From Macrostomum lignano (lineage: Eukaryota): a DNA stretch of 64,000 bases. Position 1 is the stretch's first letter. Each line of letters opens with the position of its first letter. Below the pieces are notes generated by a model that saw only the letters and a list, made by a program, of their open reading frames with translations, was not told the origin of the DNA and ran no database searches. Shown in pieces: positions 60,080 through 64,000 of this stretch. The stretch lies in the NCBI GenBank assembly GCA_002269645.1, contig NIVC01002254.1, positions 1-64,000 of the forward strand. Reading direction: 5' to 3'. A program made the position numbers and the translations under genes.

Positions 60080-62374
60080 TGTAATTGGCTTGCAATATTT
60101 TTATCGATTTTCTCGAACTGAGTGAGTGAGTTATATTATAATATCAATGTACATCTCAGCTCAAACCGCAGTCTTTCGACATTACAGTGGCCTCGCAAGC
60201 AAGCCCATTTTGGCTAGCCACTCGATCATGGCTCAATTAATCTCACTGCCACCCCCTGAGCAATTCAGCACACTATTGCTGATCAACAGAATGCCGGTAA
60301 ACGCTATAACAAATGGTCCGATCAAGCATCTTTATCGATCATCAGGCATCAAAGACGAAACTCAGAAGTGCACGCTTCTGGCCCACACGGCCGGCAGAGA
60401 AATTGCGCAAGGCATAAAGGACCTGCTAAATGACAAGAAAGGCAGCCTTGAAACTCTGCTCGCAGCAACTAAAGAGCACTTCAAGGAGCGCAACAGCATC
60501 GTATTTTCCCGCTATCAGTTTCGCCTATGTGTTCAGCAACATCGCCCATGTGTTTAGCAAACAGGAGAGCCCGTGGACTCCTGGTACTCCCGACTCAACT
60601 CATGAGAGGCATGAGAGTTCTTAGCACTCAAGAACTCCTTAATCAGAGATCAGTTAGTGGCGACATGCTGCTCCGATAAACTTTGACGAATATTGCTGCA
60701 GGAGTCCAACATTCAGGCTGCAGGAGTCCATGAGCGATGCGTTGAAAGCAGTTGAAGCAGTTCAGAGACAGCGAAACGCTCCCGAACAGTCAGCGGGTCC
60801 CCGGTGGCCCAGCAAACAGCGGCCCAACCACCTGCTATCGATGCGGCGAACGCGGACACAGCTCATGCAACGCGGCAAAAGGCAACACCTGCCAGGCATG
60901 CGGCAAGCCAAACCATCTCGCCAAAGCATGCAGACAACGCAGGCCTCAAACAAGCTCCAGCATCAACGCCGTAGCGGACAAAGAAGCTGAGGCGGTCTTC
61001 ATCGATCACGATTCGCTTAACGAGGAGGCCTTCACTATCCAGTCGCAAAAACCTGCGCCCACACACAACTCCGCCAACACTCGTCTGAAGATCGAGGGCA
61101 AGGACTTCATTGTACTCGTGGATAGTGGAGCCAGCTGCAGCGCCGTGAGCACCGCAGCTAGCAGACAACTAGTTTCATTTCACATCACTAAAGGCTGTGG
61201 AACGATACGAGACACCGCTTTCAACATGGGAATTCTACACATTCAACATCCAACGGCTGAAGTCGACTCTGTGCGGCCCACGGAAAATCCAGCTGTATCA
61301 AGTATTCAAGCACTGTTCACCAAGTACAGAGGTGTTGACCAATAACTTCCAACCGAACTCCGCATCAGCAGCATCCTTGGTGAGTTCCAGTCCATCTTCG
61401 AAGGTCTCGGCTGCGTGAAGGGCGTCGAGGTTGATGTTCGTCTTTGACCAGAAGCTGTCTCGGTCTGCCACACACCCTCCAGAGTTCCCGTCCACCAGCG
61501 GTCGGCGGTCATCGCGGAACTACAGGCCCTCCTCGACCAAGGCATCATCAACGGCCTGTCACCGTGGGTCTCTCGCATGGTTGTCGTCCCGAAAGTAAGC
61601 AGTGGCGTCCGCATCTGCCAGGACCTGCGTGACGTCAACTCATTAGCCGTGCCAGAAAAGTAGCCCATCCGAACCTTTGAGGAGATCGCGGACGAGATGG
61701 CGGGTTCCACGGTGTTCAGCGAGCTCGACATCGTGAAGGCTTTCCATCAGATTTTTTGTCAAACCGGAACATCTTGGGTCGTATGCGACTGAACAAACAG
61801 CATGGGACTCACCAGCGCATCCGAGATACGCATCTACTCGTAGATGCCTTTCGAGGTTGAACCCTGGACTTTCATCGACAAGCGAGGCAATTCCTACCTC
61901 CCGCGGCAAGGCGACCGGACATGCACTCGCCACTAGCTGACGCACATCCGGACTCTGACAGCGGCTGAGGACCCACCACCAGAAGCGGACGCGCGGCCAA
62001 GGACAAGCCTATCAGCTACAGAGTTTGACGCCTAGTTTGTGCTAAGAACTGAGCCAATGTGCATTTTTACCCTTCATCTTTTATTCCTTATTCCTTATCA
62101 TTTTATTTCGCGTTTCTGAGCAGTTTAGCTTTTCAGGAGAAATGTATTGCCTTGCAATATTGTTATCAATTTTCCCCAACTGAGTGAGTGAGTTATAATA
62201 TAATATCAATGTAGTTCGTACATCTTGGGCTGCACGCGGTCAATGATTCATGTACGTCGTATTGTTCACATTTAGAAACTCAAAAAATATATAAATCGCT
62301 AACTTGCAGGCGTGGAGGCCAGTTTGGGCCTCTGTTTTCTCGCTCAGCTTAAACCGCAGTCTTCCGACTTTACA
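60080..62374 (+). mobile_element. Internally deleted Ty3/Gypsy LTR retrotransposon with paired LTRs
   Basis: 5' LTR 60080-60186 (TG...CA) followed by GTGGCCTCGC (PBS-like); 3' LTR 62143-62374 preceded by AGGAGAAA (PPT-like); flanks GAACG / TAACG; gag knuckles CYRCGERGH and CQACGKPNHLAKAC, protease LVDSGAS, RT SPWVSRMVVVPK...FSELDIVKAFHQI; frameshifts and stops. Confidence 0.9.
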
Positions 62375-62409
62375 TAACGGGGCAAGGGCAAGTTTCATAA
62401 AATCGGTTG

Positions 62410-62707
62410 AGCCGTTTTTTCGGAAACAAATCACTGAGCCGTTTTTTTCGGAAACAAATCACTGAGCCGTTTTTTTCGGAAACAAATCACTGAGCCGTTT
62501 TTTTCGGAAACAAATCACTGAGCCGTTTTTTCGGAAACAAATCACTGAGCCGTTTTTTTCGGAAACAAATCACTGAGCCGTTTTTTCGGAAACAAATCAC
62601 TGAGCCGTTTTTTCGGAAACAAATCACTGAGCCGTTTTTTCGGAAACAAATCACTGAGCCGTTTTTCGGAAACAAATCACTGAGCCGTTTTTTCGGAAAC
62701 AAATCAC
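62410..62707 (+). repeat. ~27-bp tandem repeat (GAGCCGTTTTTTCGGAAACAAATCACT), about 11 units
   Basis: Direct reading; units differ only in T-run length (5-7). Confidence 0.95.
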
Positions 62708-62951
62708 GCACCTAGATAAAGATAAACCATTTTTAGTATACTGCATGGATGGGTAAATTGATAATAGTGGATAATATTGATCTATACGTTTGCAAAAAAT
62801 TGAATTGGAACGAAGCTAAACTGTAAAGTACAGAATTTTTAGATTTTTTTCAAATTTAGCGAAACGATGCTTTTAGCCTTTTAGTACTAGTCTCAGACTG
62901 AAGTATTGAATTCTTACAGCAAGTATTATACTGTTATACAATTTAAATCAG

Positions 62952-63038
62952 GCTGCAAGATCCGAAGCTTCTGCTCCGCTGAACGGCCCACAAGCTGACC
63001 TAGGTCCCAGCTCGACGCCGACAACTGATGAAGTCGAT
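62952..63038 (+). CDS. Isolated 87-nt exon-like segment (AARSEASAPLNGPQADLGPSSTPTTDEVD)
   Basis: Acceptor AAATCAG|, donor GAT|GTGAGT, phase 0-0, open; last ~19 nt resemble the end of LIM-gene exon 25232-25513. Confidence 0.4.
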
Positions 63039-64000
63039 GTGAGTAGACTTTTTAATTGGCCTTGTGAACAGTTTGGAATTCAAATTTTAGGAGGGTTTAG
63101 TCGAGTAGTCGGCTCGAGTTTGAGTAGGGTGGGATTAGAGTTTGAGTAGGGTGGGATTCGAGTTTGACTAGTTTGGAATTCGAGTCTCAGTAGGTTGGGA
63201 TTCGAGTTTGAGTTGGGGGGATTCGAGTTTGAGTAGGGTGGGATTCGAGTTTGACTAGTTTGGAATTCGAGTCTCAGTAGGTTGGGATTCGAGTTTGAGT
63301 AGGGGGGATTCGAGTTTTAGTAGGGTGGGATTCGAGTTTGATTAGTTTGGAATTCGAGTCTCAGAAGGTTGGGATTCGAATTTGAGTAGGGGGTTCGAGT
63401 TTGAGTAGGGGGTTCGAGTTTGATTAGTTTGGAATTCGAGTCTCAGTAGGTTGGGATTCGAATTTGAGTAGGGGATTCGAGTTTGAGTAGGTTGGGATTC
63501 GAGTTTGAGTAGGGGGTTCGAGTTTGATTAGTTTGGAATTCGAGTCTCAGTAGGCTGGGATTCGAGTTTGAGTAGGGGGTTCGAGTTTGAGTAGGGGGTT
63601 CGAGTTTGAGTAGGGGGGATTCGAGTTTGAGTAGGTTGGGATTCGAGTTTGAGTAGGGGGTTCGAGTTTGATTAGTTTGGAATTCGAGTCTCAGTAGGGT
63701 GGGATTCGAGTTTGACTAGTTTGGAATTCGAGTCTCAGTAGGTTGGGATTCGAGTTTGAGTAGGGGGTTCGAGTTTGAGTAGGGGGGATTCGAGTTTTTG
63801 AGTAGGTTGGGATTCGAGTCTCAGCAGGTTGCACCTTTCTCCAGCCGCGTGCTAGCATGAAAAGTCTGTAGCACAGATCTGCAAAGAGGAAATATCTAGA
63901 TTTATTACCCAGCCGCCACGTAGCTCAATCTGCACCTGGCTTCAAAGTGCTTGTCTTTCGCAGCAGATGGGACCATTCTTGTTTCTTCTGTCTATCAGAC
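63039..64000 (+). repeat. Dispersed repeat starting at a 5' splice site, copy 2 (runs off the window)
   Basis: GTGAGTAGACTTTTTAATTGGCC start, TTCGAGTTTGAGTAGG minisatellite 63110-63820, then the unique block homologous to 25965-26160. Confidence 0.85.

Overview
Eukaryotic (animal) genomic DNA with spliceosomal GT-AG introns and very dense repeats; GC-rich exons in an AT-rich, minisatellite-laden background suggest a free-living flatworm such as Macrostomum (inference only). No prokaryotic features, rRNA, functional tRNA or CRISPR were found. Host genes: a secreted Cys-rich prepropeptide (5257-5550); a five-exon AT-rich gene whose last exon reads into a 22/28-bp His-rich minisatellite (10162-12889); a ~16-kb multi-exon LIM-domain gene with EPLIN-like repeats and a 98-residue polyQ tract (15725-31732); an RFamide neuropeptide precursor (34592-34831); and a CUB-like/C-type-lectin/transmembrane gene (3' exons 57729-59175) with a degenerate tandem paralog at 48163-48560. 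Mobile DNA: two abutting Tc1/IS630-like deletion derivatives, three Ty3/Gypsy remnants (one with paired LTRs), three tRNA-headed CORE-like SINEs, an RTE-type LINE, a THAP remnant, and two modular inverted-repeat elements (one carrying a spliced antisense gene fragment and a 58-bp array, one with a telomere-like core). A 12.1-kb 28-bp satellite (35985-48100) and about a dozen other minisatellites generate most of the long ORFs in the track, which are artefacts.
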